Position numbers and translations under genes: made by a program. 64,000 bases of DNA from assembly GCA_965228875.1 (NCBI GenBank), contig OZ245843.1, positions 2,152,616-2,216,615 on the forward strand. Reading direction: 5' to 3'. The DNA is from Thalassobaculaceae bacterium. GTDB lineage: Bacteria; Pseudomonadota; Alphaproteobacteria; Thalassobaculales; Thalassobaculaceae. Position 1 is the first letter of the stretch. Every line of letters begins with the position of its first letter. Positions 39,555 through 48,986 of the stretch are shown in pieces. The notes beneath the pieces are model-generated. The model ran no database searches. It saw only the letters and a list, made by a program, of their open reading frames with translations, and was not told the origin of the DNA.

Positions 39555-41039
39555 GTGAGGTTCCGCAAGGCCGGGCTGTCGAGCAACCATCTGTCATTGA
39601 CGGGGTGGTTCCTGCTTGTTTGCCTGCCAGTGGTGGTCATCGCATCGACGGCGCTGGTCCTCGCCTACCGGGATGCGGAGCGGAGCACCGTCGTCGCGAC
39701 CGCCGAGGAGATGGCGCGCACGGAACTGAAGCTTCTCGCCAACGCGGTGTGGCCTGAATTCGGCGCCTTCCTGCTGGGGCCGGCCGCCGGCCAGACGCCG
39801 GACGCCATCGACCAGCGTACCCACGACATCTGGGCGCGGGTCGAGGCGCTCGCCCGCGATTCCAACCTGCTCAAGGTCAAGGTCTACAACCTCGACGGCA
39901 TCACCGTCTTCTCGACCGCGTTCGACGAAATCGGCCGAGACTATGCGAAGGACGCGGGGTTCCTGTCGGCCCGGAGCGGGGACCGTTACAGTGAACATAC
40001 GCAGCGCGACCGTGTGCAGACGCTCCAGGGCCGGCGGCAGGACGTGGAGATGCTCGGTGTCTACGCTCCGATCCGGGCCGGCGGCCCGGAGTCGGAGATC
40101 GTTGCCGTCATCGAGCTCTATATCGACATGAACCGGCTGGCCGGCGCGGTCGAGGGAGACCTGCGCTCGCAGATCGTCTACGGCATGATCCCGCTAGTCC
40201 TGATGCTAACGGTCTTGATCTGTCTGGCGGTCCTGCGAACCGCCGAGAAGCGGACCCGGCGGGAATTCTACAAGCGCATGCGCGTGCTCCAGCAGGCCCG
40301 AGACGCCCGCGACGCCGATCGCAGCAAATCCGAGTTCCTGGCCAACATGAGCCACGAGTTGCGCACGCCGCTCAACGCCATCATGGGCTATGCCGAGGCC
40401 ATTGCCCTGCAGCAGTTCGGCCCGAACGCAACCGAGCGCTACCGCGACTACGCCGACACGATCCTCTCCGCTGGCCGCCATCTGCTGTCGATCGTCAACG
40501 ACATCCTCGACCTGTCACGGGTCGAGGCCGGGAAGATGCCGGTGCGCACCGGCACCTGCAGCGTCGCGGAGGTGGTGAACCAGGTCAGCGCCATGCTGAT
40601 GCACCTGGCGGCCAGCCACAACGTAAAGCTCACGGCCGACGTTCCCTACACGCTGCCGACCATCGAAACCGACACCGACAAGCTCCGTCAGTGCCTGATC
40701 AACATCATCTCGAACTCCATCAAGTTCAGCGACGAGGAAGGGGCCGTGCGGATCAGCGCCACGGCCGGAGATGACGGCTCGGTCACCCTGGTCTGCAGGG
40801 ACGACGGCGTCGGCATGTCCATGGACCAGATCGCCATCGCGCTGAAACCGTTCGGCCAGGTGTCCGACGTCTATGCCCGCAAGATCCACGGAGCCGGCCT
40901 CGGCCTGCCCCTGACCAAACGCTTCGTCGAACTGATCGGCGGCGTGTTCGAGATCGAGAGCCAACCCGGCGCCGGCACGACCGTGCGCCTGCACCTCCCT
41001 GCCCGCTGCGTCGTCCAAGACATCGACGAAGCCGCCTGA
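39555..41039 (+). CDS. Membrane sensor histidine kinase (PleC/DivJ-like HisKA)
   Basis: Two TM flanking a periplasmic domain; FLANMSHELRTPLNAIMGY, PFGQV and GAGLGLPL motifs. Confidence 0.9.
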   Translation: MRFRKAGLSSNHLSLTGWFLLVCLPVVVIASTALVLAYRDAERSTVVATAEEMARTELKLLANAVWPEFGAFLLGPAAGQTPDAIDQRTHDIWARVEALARDSNLLKVKVYNLDGITVFSTAFDEIGRDYAKDAGFLSARSGDRYSEHTQRDRVQTLQGRRQDVEMLGVYAPIRAGGPESEIVAVIELYIDMNRLAGAVEGDLRSQIVYGMIPLVLMLTVLICLAVLRTAEKRTRREFYKRMRVLQQARDARDADRSKSEFLANMSHELRTPLNAIMGYAEAIALQQFGPNATERYRDYADTILSAGRHLLSIVNDILDLSRVEAGKMPVRTGTCSVAEVVNQVSAMLMHLAASHNVKLTADVPYTLPTIETDTDKLRQCLINIISNSIKFSDEEGAVRISATAGDDGSVTLVCRDDGVGMSMDQIAIALKPFGQVSDVYARKIHGAGLGLPLTKRFVELIGGVFEIESQPGAGTTVRLHLPARCVVQDIDEAA

Positions 41040-41153
41040 TCGGCCCACGCCGACACCCGCCGACGACCGATATCGGACCCCGGGGCATCCCGATGCGATC
41101 GTCTCGTCAGCCGATTTCGCCAAACGGGCATCTGCACTACAATGCCGCGCATC

Positions 41154-41224
41154 GCCCTCTAAGCCATTAAAGACAGAACGAGTTCATACGACCGGGTGCC
41201 TCCATCCGATCGCGATCTGCTCAA
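41154..41224. repeat. Right-half copy of dispersed double-hairpin repeat
   Basis: AAGCCATTAAAGACAGAACGAGTTCATACGACCGGGTGCCTCCATCCGATCG aligns with 43556-43606. Confidence 0.7.
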
Positions 41225-42058
41225 ATGGCCAAATCGACCACTCAGGGAGTATCCGGCGTGAGAAGACTCGGCAAGTCCGTCGCCATGCTCGGCAAGGCGC
41301 GCCTGCACACCACCATCAGCGTCGAGGCCGAACACGACCGTCGGCGCCCGGTCCTGCTGGTTCACGGCGGCTATCACGGCGCGTGGTGCTGGGAGCGATG
41401 GATCCAGCGTCTCTCCGAGGACGGCCGCAAGGTCCATGCCCTGGATCTGCGCGGCCATGGCGGGCTCGAACCGGACGATGACTTCGTCACCGCCGGCGTG
41501 GCCGAGATGGTCGAGGACGTCGTGATGGCGATCGACACGCTGCCGAGCCGACCGGTACTGGTCGGACACTCGCTCGGCGGGCTGATCGTCGTGCTGGCGG
41601 CGCTGCAGCGCGACGTGGCCGGCCTGCTGCTGCTCTGCCCCTCGCCCCCCGGGAACCTGCCCGGTGCGGCCCGGGTGCCGCTGGTCGATGAAGGCGCTCC
41701 CTGTCCGCCGCTGGACGCAGCGGGCCTGAGAGAACGCTATGCGCCGCATCTCGACGAGGCCGAAGCCGAAGCGGTCGCCGCCCAGCTCTGCGCCGAGAGT
41801 CCGAGGCTGCTGAACGAGCGATACGACCTGCGCATCCCGGTCGATCCGCAGGCGCTCGACAGCGACCTGCCGATCCTGGTGGTCGAGGGCGGCCGCGACG
41901 ATCCGGCCCGTCACCCCGCCGGCCAGGATGCGGCGATCGCCGCGTTCTACCGTGGCGAGCATCTGCGCCTGGACGACGCGCCGCACGACCTGATGCTCGG
42001 TCCCGGCTGGCGCGGCTGGTTCAAGTCGATCTGGAAGCGCTTCGACGACCTGCTCTAG
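41225..42058 (+). CDS. Alpha/beta hydrolase
   Basis: LLVHGG, DLRGHG, GHSLGG nucleophile elbow and PHDLM; the start may be GTG 41258. Confidence 0.88.
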   Translation: MAKSTTQGVSGVRRLGKSVAMLGKARLHTTISVEAEHDRRRPVLLVHGGYHGAWCWERWIQRLSEDGRKVHALDLRGHGGLEPDDDFVTAGVAEMVEDVVMAIDTLPSRPVLVGHSLGGLIVVLAALQRDVAGLLLLCPSPPGNLPGAARVPLVDEGAPCPPLDAAGLRERYAPHLDEAEAEAVAAQLCAESPRLLNERYDLRIPVDPQALDSDLPILVVEGGRDDPARHPAGQDAAIAAFYRGEHLRLDDAPHDLMLGPGWRGWFKSIWKRFDDLL

Positions 42059-42160
42059 ACACCCGTCCGCGCCGCGCCAAAGACGCAGACGGCATCCGCC
42101 GGTTTTCGCGGCTCGAGGGATGGCGGAGCCCAACGCGCTTGGGTAGTATCGCGTCCGTGT

Positions 42161-42471
42161 GCGGGCGTGGTGAAATCGGTAGACACAACAGACTTCACGT
42201 GGAGTGCCCAGGGGGAAACCCCCGGAGTAGAACCGCTCAAACTCGGGGAAAGCTGACGGATAGCGCCGCTGCCAATCCCGAGCCAAGCCCTCCCCTGGTG
42301 GAGGGAAGGTGTAGAGACTAGACGGGCGACACCTAAGGCCAGGCGGCTAAGGTGAAGGGATAGTCCAGACCACGAACGGAAGCCGCGCGGCCTCCGGCGG
42401 CGAAAGTCGAAGTGGTACGAAAATCTGTATCCCGTATGGGAGTGGGGGTTCGAGTCCCCCCGCCCGCACCA
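42161..42471 (+). tRNA. trnL-UAA: tRNA-Leu(UAA), intron-containing (exons 42161-42195 and 42420-42471)
   Basis: Acceptor stem GCGGGCG/CGCCCGC, A discriminator and CCA. Spliced anticodon arm ACAGA-CTT^AAAA-TCTGT. Long variable arm TCCC-GTAT-GGGA. T arm GGGGG-TTCGAGT-CCCCC. Confidence 0.96.
42196..42419 (+). ncRNA. Group I self-splicing intron (IC3, Azoarcus-like), 224 nt, no ORF
   Basis: P1 ACUUC/GGAGU with U.G at the splice site; P3 CGCUC/GGGCG; P4 CUCGGG/CCCGAG; P7 GACUA/UAGUC; P8 CACCU/AGGUG; GAAA loops in P2 and P9; terminal G at 42419. Confidence 0.95.
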
Positions 42472-42590
42472 CATTTCCCCTACAGGACCGTTCCGGCCGG
42501 TCGACGCGACATTCATGCACCGGGATACGAGGTCGCTATTGCTCGAGGGGACCGCTATCCCTACCTGTACATCCGCATCGGAGGGACCCC

Positions 42591-43508
42591 ATGGCCAACG
42601 CATACCTGCACGTGTTCGAAGATCGCGGCGTCATTCGCCTGTCGGGCGAGGATCGGGTGACGTTCCTGCAGGGGCTGGTGTCCAACGACGTCACGAAGGT
42701 GTCACCCGAACAGGCGGGCTACGGCGCATTTCTGACGGCGCAGGGGAAGTTCCTGTATGACTTCTTCCTGATCGCGTTGGACGACAGCCTCCTGATCGAG
42801 ACCACCGCCGATCGGATCGACGAGTTCCTCCGCAAGCTGCGCATGTACAAGCTGCGCTCCAAGATCGAGTTGAGCGATGCCAGCGAAGCCTGGACCGTCG
42901 CCGCCGTCTTCGGCGACGGCGCGCTTTCGGCGCTCGGGCTGCCGGCGGAGAGAGGCAGCAGCATCCCTCTCGGCGGCGGCATTGCGTTCGTCGATCCGCG
43001 CCATGCCGAGGCCGGCGCCCGCCTGGTGCTCCCGGCCGGCGACGGTGCGACGGACGCGCTCGGCCTCAGGCCCGTGGACCGCGACGCCTACGATCGGCGC
43101 CGGGTCGCGCTCGGCCTGCCGGACGGCGCGCGCGACATGGCCGTCGAGAAGACCGTATTGCTGGAGGCCGGCTTCGAGGAGCTTGGCGGGGTCGACTTCG
43201 ACAAGGGCTGCTATATGGGACAGGAACTGACCGCCCGCACGAAGTATCGCGGTCTGGTCAAGCGTCGGCTGATGCCGATCGCGATCGACGGCCCGCTGCC
43301 GACCCCTGGCACCGAGATCACCCTGGACGGCCGGGAAGCCGGCGAGGTCCGCACGGTGGTCGCCAACGGCGACGGCCAGGAGGGCGGCGGTTCCGGCCTG
43401 GCGATGATCCGTCTGAATAGGCTCGACGAGGCCCTGCGCTCCGGCGCGCCGCTGACCGCCGGCGAGGCGACCGTCATCCCGCACAAGCCGGACTGGGCCA
43501 GCTTCTAG
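42591..43508 (+). CDS. ygfZ: Folate-binding YgfZ/IBA57 family protein
   Basis: FLQGLVSND and KGCYMGQE motifs. Confidence 0.93.
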   Translation: MANAYLHVFEDRGVIRLSGEDRVTFLQGLVSNDVTKVSPEQAGYGAFLTAQGKFLYDFFLIALDDSLLIETTADRIDEFLRKLRMYKLRSKIELSDASEAWTVAAVFGDGALSALGLPAERGSSIPLGGGIAFVDPRHAEAGARLVLPAGDGATDALGLRPVDRDAYDRRRVALGLPDGARDMAVEKTVLLEAGFEELGGVDFDKGCYMGQELTARTKYRGLVKRRLMPIAIDGPLPTPGTEITLDGREAGEVRTVVANGDGQEGGGSGLAMIRLNRLDEALRSGAPLTAGEATVIPHKPDWASF

Positions 43509-43618
43509 AACGCGATCGGTTCGGATTGGGTCGATCTGAGCCGTGGAGCCCCCCCAAGCCGCTAGGACAGATCGAGGTCATACGATCAGGTGTATCCATC
43601 TGATCGTGGTTGGCCCTC
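43506..43618. repeat. Full-length (~113 bp) double-hairpin intergenic repeat
   Basis: Hairpin 1 CGGTTCGGATTG/CGATCTGAGCCG; hairpin 2 ACGATCAGGTG/CATCTGATCGT; halves recur at 33252 and 41154. Confidence 0.7.
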
Positions 43619-43767
43619 GCCGCGCACTGCGCTGCGGCCGGCTGCGACCGAAGGTCCCGCCCCCATCCCCCCGAAACCGACGCTTCCCGTCGCCATCGGG
43701 AAAACCGCGGCGGCCGCGCGCGATATTGTTCGCTCGGATCCATACACCGCCTCTCGGGGGATGTCGC

Positions 43768-45057
43768 ATGGCCGTGCGCGCCGGTCGGCCGGGGCCGACC
43801 ACCAAGCAACGCTATTCCATCTTCGCGCTGGCGCGGAACGCGCTGAGCTACCACGAGGGCTGGCAGCAGGCCTGGCGCTCGCCGGAACCGAAGAAGGCCT
43901 ACGACGCGATTATCGTCGGCGGCGGGGGTCACGGGCTGACCACCGCCTACTACCTCGCCAAGCTGCACGGCGTGCGCAACGTCGCGGTGCTGGAGAAGGG
44001 CTGGATCGGTGGCGGCAACACCGGGCGCAACACGACGATCATCCGCTCGGGTTATCTCTGGGACGAGTCGATCAAGCTGTACGAGCACGCGCTCAAGCTC
44101 TGGGAGGGCATGAGCCGGGAGCTGAATTTCAACGTCATGTTCAGCCAGCGTGGCGTCATCAACCTGGCCCACAGCGAGCACGAGTGGCGCGAGATGCGTC
44201 GACGCTACGAGGCGATCCGCCTGAACGGCGTCGACATCGAACTGGTCCTGCCGCACGAAATCCAGAAGATGGTGCCGATCATCAACATCGACCCGGATAT
44301 CCGGTACCCGGTGAAGGGCGGAATCCTGCAGAGACGGGGCGGCACCGCCCGCCACGACGCGGTTGCCTGGGGCTATGCCCGGGCGGCCGACGACCTTGGC
44401 GTCGACATCATCCAGAACTGCGAGGTCACCGGTTTCGAGCGCGCGCCGGAAGGCCACATCATCGGCGTGCAGACCACGCGGGGCTTCATCGCCGCCAACA
44501 AGGTCGGCTGCGTGCCGGCCGGACACTCGGCGGTGCTGGCGGAGATGGCGGGCTTCCGGCTCCCGGTGCAGGCCCGGCCGCTGCAGGCGCTGGTGTCGGA
44601 GCCGATCAAGCCCTGCATCGACAAGGTCGTCATGTCGAACGCCGTCCACATGTACATCAGTCAGTCGGACAAGGGCGAACTGGTCCTCGGCGCCGGGACC
44701 GACAGCTACAACTCCTACGCCCAGCGCGGCTCGCCGCACATCCCGGAACACCTGATGGCGGCGACGGTGGAGCTGTATCCGATCACGTCGCGCCTGCGCA
44801 TGCTGCGCCAGTGGGGCGGGATCGTCGACACCTGCCCCGACGCCTCGCCGATCATCTCCCGGACGCCGGTTCCGGGGCTGTACTTCAACTGCGGCTGGGG
44901 CACCGGCGGTTTCAAGGCGACGCCGGGATCCGGGCACGTGTTCGCCGACCTGATCGCCCACGACCGCCCGAACGCGCTGGCCGCGCCCTTCGCCCTGGAC
45001 CGGTTCCGCACCGGCTACCTGGTCGATGAACACGGCGCCGCCGGCGTCGCCCACTGA
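43768..45057 (+). CDS. soxB: Sarcosine oxidase subunit beta
   Basis: [35 protein letters not shown] and [10 protein letters not shown] motifs. Confidence 0.96.
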   Translation: MAVRAGRPGPTTKQRYSIFALARNALSYHEGWQQAWRSPEPKKAYDAIIVGGGGHGLTTAYYLAKLHGVRNVAVLEKGWIGGGNTGRNTTIIRSGYLWDESIKLYEHALKLWEGMSRELNFNVMFSQRGVINLAHSEHEWREMRRRYEAIRLNGVDIELVLPHEIQKMVPIINIDPDIRYPVKGGILQRRGGTARHDAVAWGYARAADDLGVDIIQNCEVTGFERAPEGHIIGVQTTRGFIAANKVGCVPAGHSAVLAEMAGFRLPVQARPLQALVSEPIKPCIDKVVMSNAVHMYISQSDKGELVLGAGTDSYNSYAQRGSPHIPEHLMAATVELYPITSRLRMLRQWGGIVDTCPDASPIISRTPVPGLYFNCGWGTGGFKATPGSGHVFADLIAHDRPNALAAPFALDRFRTGYLVDEHGAAGVAH

Positions 45058-45075
45058 GCGGGAGGAGAGGAAGAG

Positions 45076-45366
45076 ATGCAGCTGATCCCCTGCCCCTGGT
45101 GCGGGCCCCGCGACGACTCGGAGTTCGCCTACGGCAGCGAGGCGCATGTCGCCCGCCCCACCGACCCCTCGACGTGTAGCGACGCCGAGTGGGAGGCGTA
45201 TCTCTACCTGCGGCGCAATACCAAGGGACCGTTCGCCGAGCGTTGGATGCACGCCCATGGCTGCCGACGCTGGTTCAACGTGATCCGCGACACCGTCACC
45301 CACGAGGTCCTCGCCGCCTACAGGCCAGGCGAGCCCAGGCCCGATCTCGCGAAGAAGGACGACTGA
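45076..45366 (+). CDS. soxD: Sarcosine oxidase subunit delta
   Basis: CPWCGPR and ERW.H.HGC..WF..RDT.T zinc motifs. Confidence 0.96.
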   Translation: MQLIPCPWCGPRDDSEFAYGSEAHVARPTDPSTCSDAEWEAYLYLRRNTKGPFAERWMHAHGCRRWFNVIRDTVTHEVLAAYRPGEPRPDLAKKDD

Positions 45367-45367
45367 C

Positions 45368-48300
45368 GTGAACCGGCAGTCCAACCGCTATGCCTCCGGC
45401 GGCCGCGTCGATCGCGCCCGGCCGCTGTCCTTCCGCTTCGATGGCCGCGCGTACGCCGGCTATGCCGGCGACACCCTGGCCTCGGCGCTGCTGGCCAACG
45501 ACGTCCACCTGGTCGGGCGCAGCTTCAAGTACCACCGGCCGCGCGGGATCGTCGGGCTGGGCGCGGAGGAGCCGAACGCCCTGGTCCAGCTCGCCCGCGG
45601 CAACCGCAGCGAGCCGAACCTGCGCGCGACCCAGATCGAACTGTTCGATGGGCTCGACGCCGACAGCCAGAACCGCTGGCCGTCGCTGAGATACGATGTC
45701 GGCGCGGTGAACTCGGCGCTGCATCGCCTGTTCCCTGCGGGCTTCTACTACAAGACCTTCATGTGGCCGGCCTCCCTGTGGATGACCTACGAGGAGGTGA
45801 TCCGCCACGCCGCCGGGCTCGGCAAAGCGCCGGAGGGCCCGGACCCGGACCGTTACGAGCATATGCACGCCCATTGCGACGTGCTGGTGGTCGGCGCCGG
45901 CCCCGCCGGGCTCTGCGCCGCCCTTGCCGCCGGGCGAACCGGCGCGCGCGTGATCCTGGCGGATGAGCAGGCCGAGTTCGGCGGCTCCCTCCTGTCCGAC
46001 GACGACGTCGCCCTCGACGGCGGGCCGGCCGCCGACTGGATCGCCGGGACTGTCGTCGAACTGCAATCCATGCAGGAGGTCACCCTGCTGCCGCGGACCT
46101 GCGTGAACGGCTATTTCGACCACAACTACCTCACCGCCGCCGAGCGGGTGACCGACCATGTCGGCGCCGTGGTTCCGAACACGCCGCGCCAGCGCCTGTG
46201 GAAGATCCGCGCCCGGCAGGTGGTGCTGGCGACCGGCGCCATCGAGCGGCCGCTTGTGTTCCGCGACAACGACCGGCCGGGCATCATGCTGTCGACCGCC
46301 GCACGGGGATACGCCGTGCGATACGGCGTGGCCGCCGGGCGCCGGCCGCTGGTGGTGACGGGGCACGACGACGGCTACCGGACCGCGCTGGCCTACGCGT
46401 CGCGTGGCGCCCAGGTGGCCGGGATCGTCGACCTGCGCCCGGAACCCTCGGGCGCCCTGGTCGAGGCGGCTCGCGCGCGCGGCATCGACGTGATGGCCGG
46501 TCACACGGTGACCGCCACCCACGGCGGACGCCGGGTCGAGGCGGCGGACGTGGCGCGCATGACCGACGACGGAACGGCGCTGGCCACCGTCGGCCGCCGT
46601 ATCGACTGCGACCTGATCGCCATGTGCGGCGGCTTCAACCCGACGGTCCACCTGTTCAGCCAGAGCCGGGGGAAGCTGCGCTGGGACGACGGGCTCGACG
46701 CCTTCGTCCCCGGCCCGGTCCACGACATGGCGCACGCGCCGCAGCATTCGGTCGGCGGCTGTGCCGGAACGCCATCGCTCGGCCAGACGGTCAAGGACGG
46801 GATCCGGGCCGGTCTCGACGCGGCGCGTGCCACCGGCCACACGACGCGTCAGCCGGCGGCTCCGAAGGTCGACGAGCCGGCGATGGGCGCGCCCCGCACC
46901 CTCTGGGTCCTGCCGTCCGACAAGCCCGTGGGACACAAGGGCAAGCACTTCGTTGATTTCCAGAACGACGTGACCGCCGCCGACCTGTCGCTGGCCGCGC
47001 GTGAGGGGTACCGCTCGATCGAGCACGTGAAGCGCTACACGACGACCGGAATGGGCACAGACCAGGGGAAGACGTCGAACGTCAACGCCCTGGCTATCGT
47101 CGCCGCCACGCTCGGCAGCGACATTCCAGCGGTCGGCACCACCACCTTCCGCCCGCCCTACACGCCCACCACCCTCGGCACCTATGGCGGACGCAATATC
47201 GGCAAGCTGTTCGACCCGGTCCGGACCACGGCGATGGACGCCTGGCACCGGGCGAACGGCGCGACGTTCGAGCATGTCGGCCAGTGGATGCGCGCCTGGT
47301 ACTACCCCCAGGCGGGCGAGACCATGCGCCAGGCGGTCGACCGCGAGTGCCTGGCGGCACGCAATGGCATCGGGATCCTCGACGCCTCCACGCTTGGCAA
47401 GATCGATGTGCGCGGCAGGGACGCCGCCGAGTTCCTCAACCGGGTCTACTCCAACGCCTGGATGAAGCTCGGCGTCGGCAAGTGCCGCTACGGTCTGATG
47501 CTGAAGGATGACGGATTCGTCATGGACGATGGCGTCACCACCCGCCTGGCCGACGACCACTTCCACATGACCACCACGACCGGCGGCGCCGCCGGCGTGC
47601 TCGCCCATCTGGAGGAGCACCTTCAGACCGAGTGGCCGGATCTGGACGTCTACCTGACCTCGGTGACCGAACAGTGGGCGGTGGCTTCGATCTGCGGCCC
47701 GAAGTGCCGCGAGCTGCTGGCCGCACTCTGCCAGGACGTCGACCTCGCGAACGACGCGTTCCCGTTCATGAGCATGCGGGAGGGAACCGTCGCCGGCATT
47801 CGGGCCAGGATCTTCCGCATCTCCTTCACCGGCGAGCTGTCCTTCGAGATCAACGTCCCGCGGCGCTATGGCGCGGCGCTGTGGGAGGCGCTGATGGCGG
47901 CGGGGAAGAAGTTCGGCATCACGCCCTACGGCACCGAGGCGATGCACGTTCTGCGGGCCGAGCGGGGGTTCGTCATCGTCGGCCAGGAGACCGACGGTTC
48001 GGTCACGCCCATCGACCTCGGCATGGACTGGATCGTCTCGAAGACGAAGCCGGACTTCATCGGCAAGCGCGGCCTCGCCCGCCCCGACCTGCAGCTCGCC
48101 GACCGCAAGCAGCTGGTCGGCCTGCTCACCGAGTCGCCCGGCGAAGTCCTGCCGGAAGGCGCGCAGATCGTCGAACACGTGAAGCCCGAGCCGCCGATGA
48201 CCATGCTCGGCCATGTCACCTCGTCCTACTATTCCGCCAATTGCGGCTGTTCGATCGCCATGGCCCTGGTCAAGGGCGGCCACGGCCGCAAGGGAGAAAC

Positions 48301-48391
48301 CCTGTCGGTGCCACTGGCCGGAAAGACGGTTAAGGTGACGGTGACCGATCCCGTTTTCTTCGATGCCGAGGGGAGCCGCCGCGATGGTTGA
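45368..48391 (+). CDS. soxA: Sarcosine oxidase subunit alpha
   Basis: RSFKYHRPRG, GAGPAG, KRYTT.GMGTDQGK and a C-terminal GcvT-like domain. Confidence 0.96.
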   Translation: MNRQSNRYASGGRVDRARPLSFRFDGRAYAGYAGDTLASALLANDVHLVGRSFKYHRPRGIVGLGAEEPNALVQLARGNRSEPNLRATQIELFDGLDADSQNRWPSLRYDVGAVNSALHRLFPAGFYYKTFMWPASLWMTYEEVIRHAAGLGKAPEGPDPDRYEHMHAHCDVLVVGAGPAGLCAALAAGRTGARVILADEQAEFGGSLLSDDDVALDGGPAADWIAGTVVELQSMQEVTLLPRTCVNGYFDHNYLTAAERVTDHVGAVVPNTPRQRLWKIRARQVVLATGAIERPLVFRDNDRPGIMLSTAARGYAVRYGVAAGRRPLVVTGHDDGYRTALAYASRGAQVAGIVDLRPEPSGALVEAARARGIDVMAGHTVTATHGGRRVEAADVARMTDDGTALATVGRRIDCDLIAMCGGFNPTVHLFSQSRGKLRWDDGLDAFVPGPVHDMAHAPQHSVGGCAGTPSLGQTVKDGIRAGLDAARATGHTTRQPAAPKVDEPAMGAPRTLWVLPSDKPVGHKGKHFVDFQNDVTAADLSLAAREGYRSIEHVKRYTTTGMGTDQGKTSNVNALAIVAATLGSDIPAVGTTTFRPPYTPTTLGTYGGRNIGKLFDPVRTTAMDAWHRANGATFEHVGQWMRAWYYPQAGETMRQAVDRECLAARNGIGILDASTLGKIDVRGRDAAEFLNRVYSNAWMKLGVGKCRYGLMLKDDGFVMDDGVTTRLADDHFHMTTTTGGAAGVLAHLEEHLQTEWPDLDVYLTSVTEQWAVASICGPKCRELLAALCQDVDLANDAFPFMSMREGTVAGIRARIFRISFTGELSFEINVPRRYGAALWEALMAAGKKFGITPYGTEAMHVLRAERGFVIVGQETDGSVTPIDLGMDWIVSKTKPDFIGKRGLARPDLQLADRKQLVGLLTESPGEVLPEGAQIVEHVKPEPPMTMLGHVTSSYYSANCGCSIAMALVKGGHGRKGETLSVPLAGKTVKVTVTDPVFFDAEGSRRDG

Positions 48392-48986
48392 CGCAGCACC
48401 GCACGCCCTGACGCCGCTCGCCGGCCGCACCGGTCCGGCCGGCGGTCCGCACCATGCGGGTATAGTCCTCGGCGAAGCGGCGGGTCTGATCCTGATCGGC
48501 CTGCGTGGCGACGCGGCGGATCCGGCCTTCGCCGCCGCGGCGGAGCAGGTGCTCGGCATCGCCCCACCGTCCGTCGCGAACACGGTGGCGGTGACGGAAG
48601 GAGCCTCGATCCTCTGGCTCGGGCCGGACGAATGGCTCGCAATCGCAAAAGATCAGGACGGGACCGCGCTCTGCGGGCGGCTCGAAGAGGCGATGGCCGG
48701 GCTCCGTCATGCGGTGGTCGATCTCTCCGACAACTACACGGTCATCGACCTCTCCGGTCACGCTTCGCGCTGGGTCCTCGCCAAGGGATGGGCGCAGGAT
48801 CTGCACCCATCCGTCTTCGCGCCGGGCCGGTGCTCGCAGGGCATGCTCGCACATGCGCAGATCATTCTGGAGCGGACCGGCGACGAGGCGTATCGCCTGA
48901 TCGTGCGGCCGTCCTTCGCCGCCTACCTCTGGGACTGGCTGGTCGATGCGGCGGCGGATGTCGGCCATCGGGTGGTCGCGGCTTGA
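48384..48986 (+). CDS. soxG: Sarcosine oxidase subunit gamma
   Basis: WLGPDEWL, DLHP..F and SFA.YLW.WL motifs; overlaps the soxA stop. Confidence 0.93.
   Translation: MVDAAPHALTPLAGRTGPAGGPHHAGIVLGEAAGLILIGLRGDAADPAFAAAAEQVLGIAPPSVANTVAVTEGASILWLGPDEWLAIAKDQDGTALCGRLEEAMAGLRHAVVDLSDNYTVIDLSGHASRWVLAKGWAQDLHPSVFAPGRCSQGMLAHAQIILERTGDEAYRLIVRPSFAAYLWDWLVDAAADVGHRVVAA

Noticed and set aside
42420..42600. Genomic island or prophage integrated at tRNA-Leu
   Set aside because: No integrase; ygfZ follows directly; no duplicate of the tRNA 3' end was noticed.
42055..42603. 182-aa minus-strand ORF as an intron-encoded homing endonuclease
   Set aside because: It is antisense to the tRNA and intron, has no LAGLIDADG, GIY-YIG or HNH motif, and extends beyond the 224-nt intron.
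45296..48583. Long antisense ORFs (also 15797-18574, 57742-60195, 899-3097, 23486-25387)
   Set aside because: Shadow ORFs of real high-GC genes, with Arg/Gly/Ala/Pro-rich translations lacking motifs.
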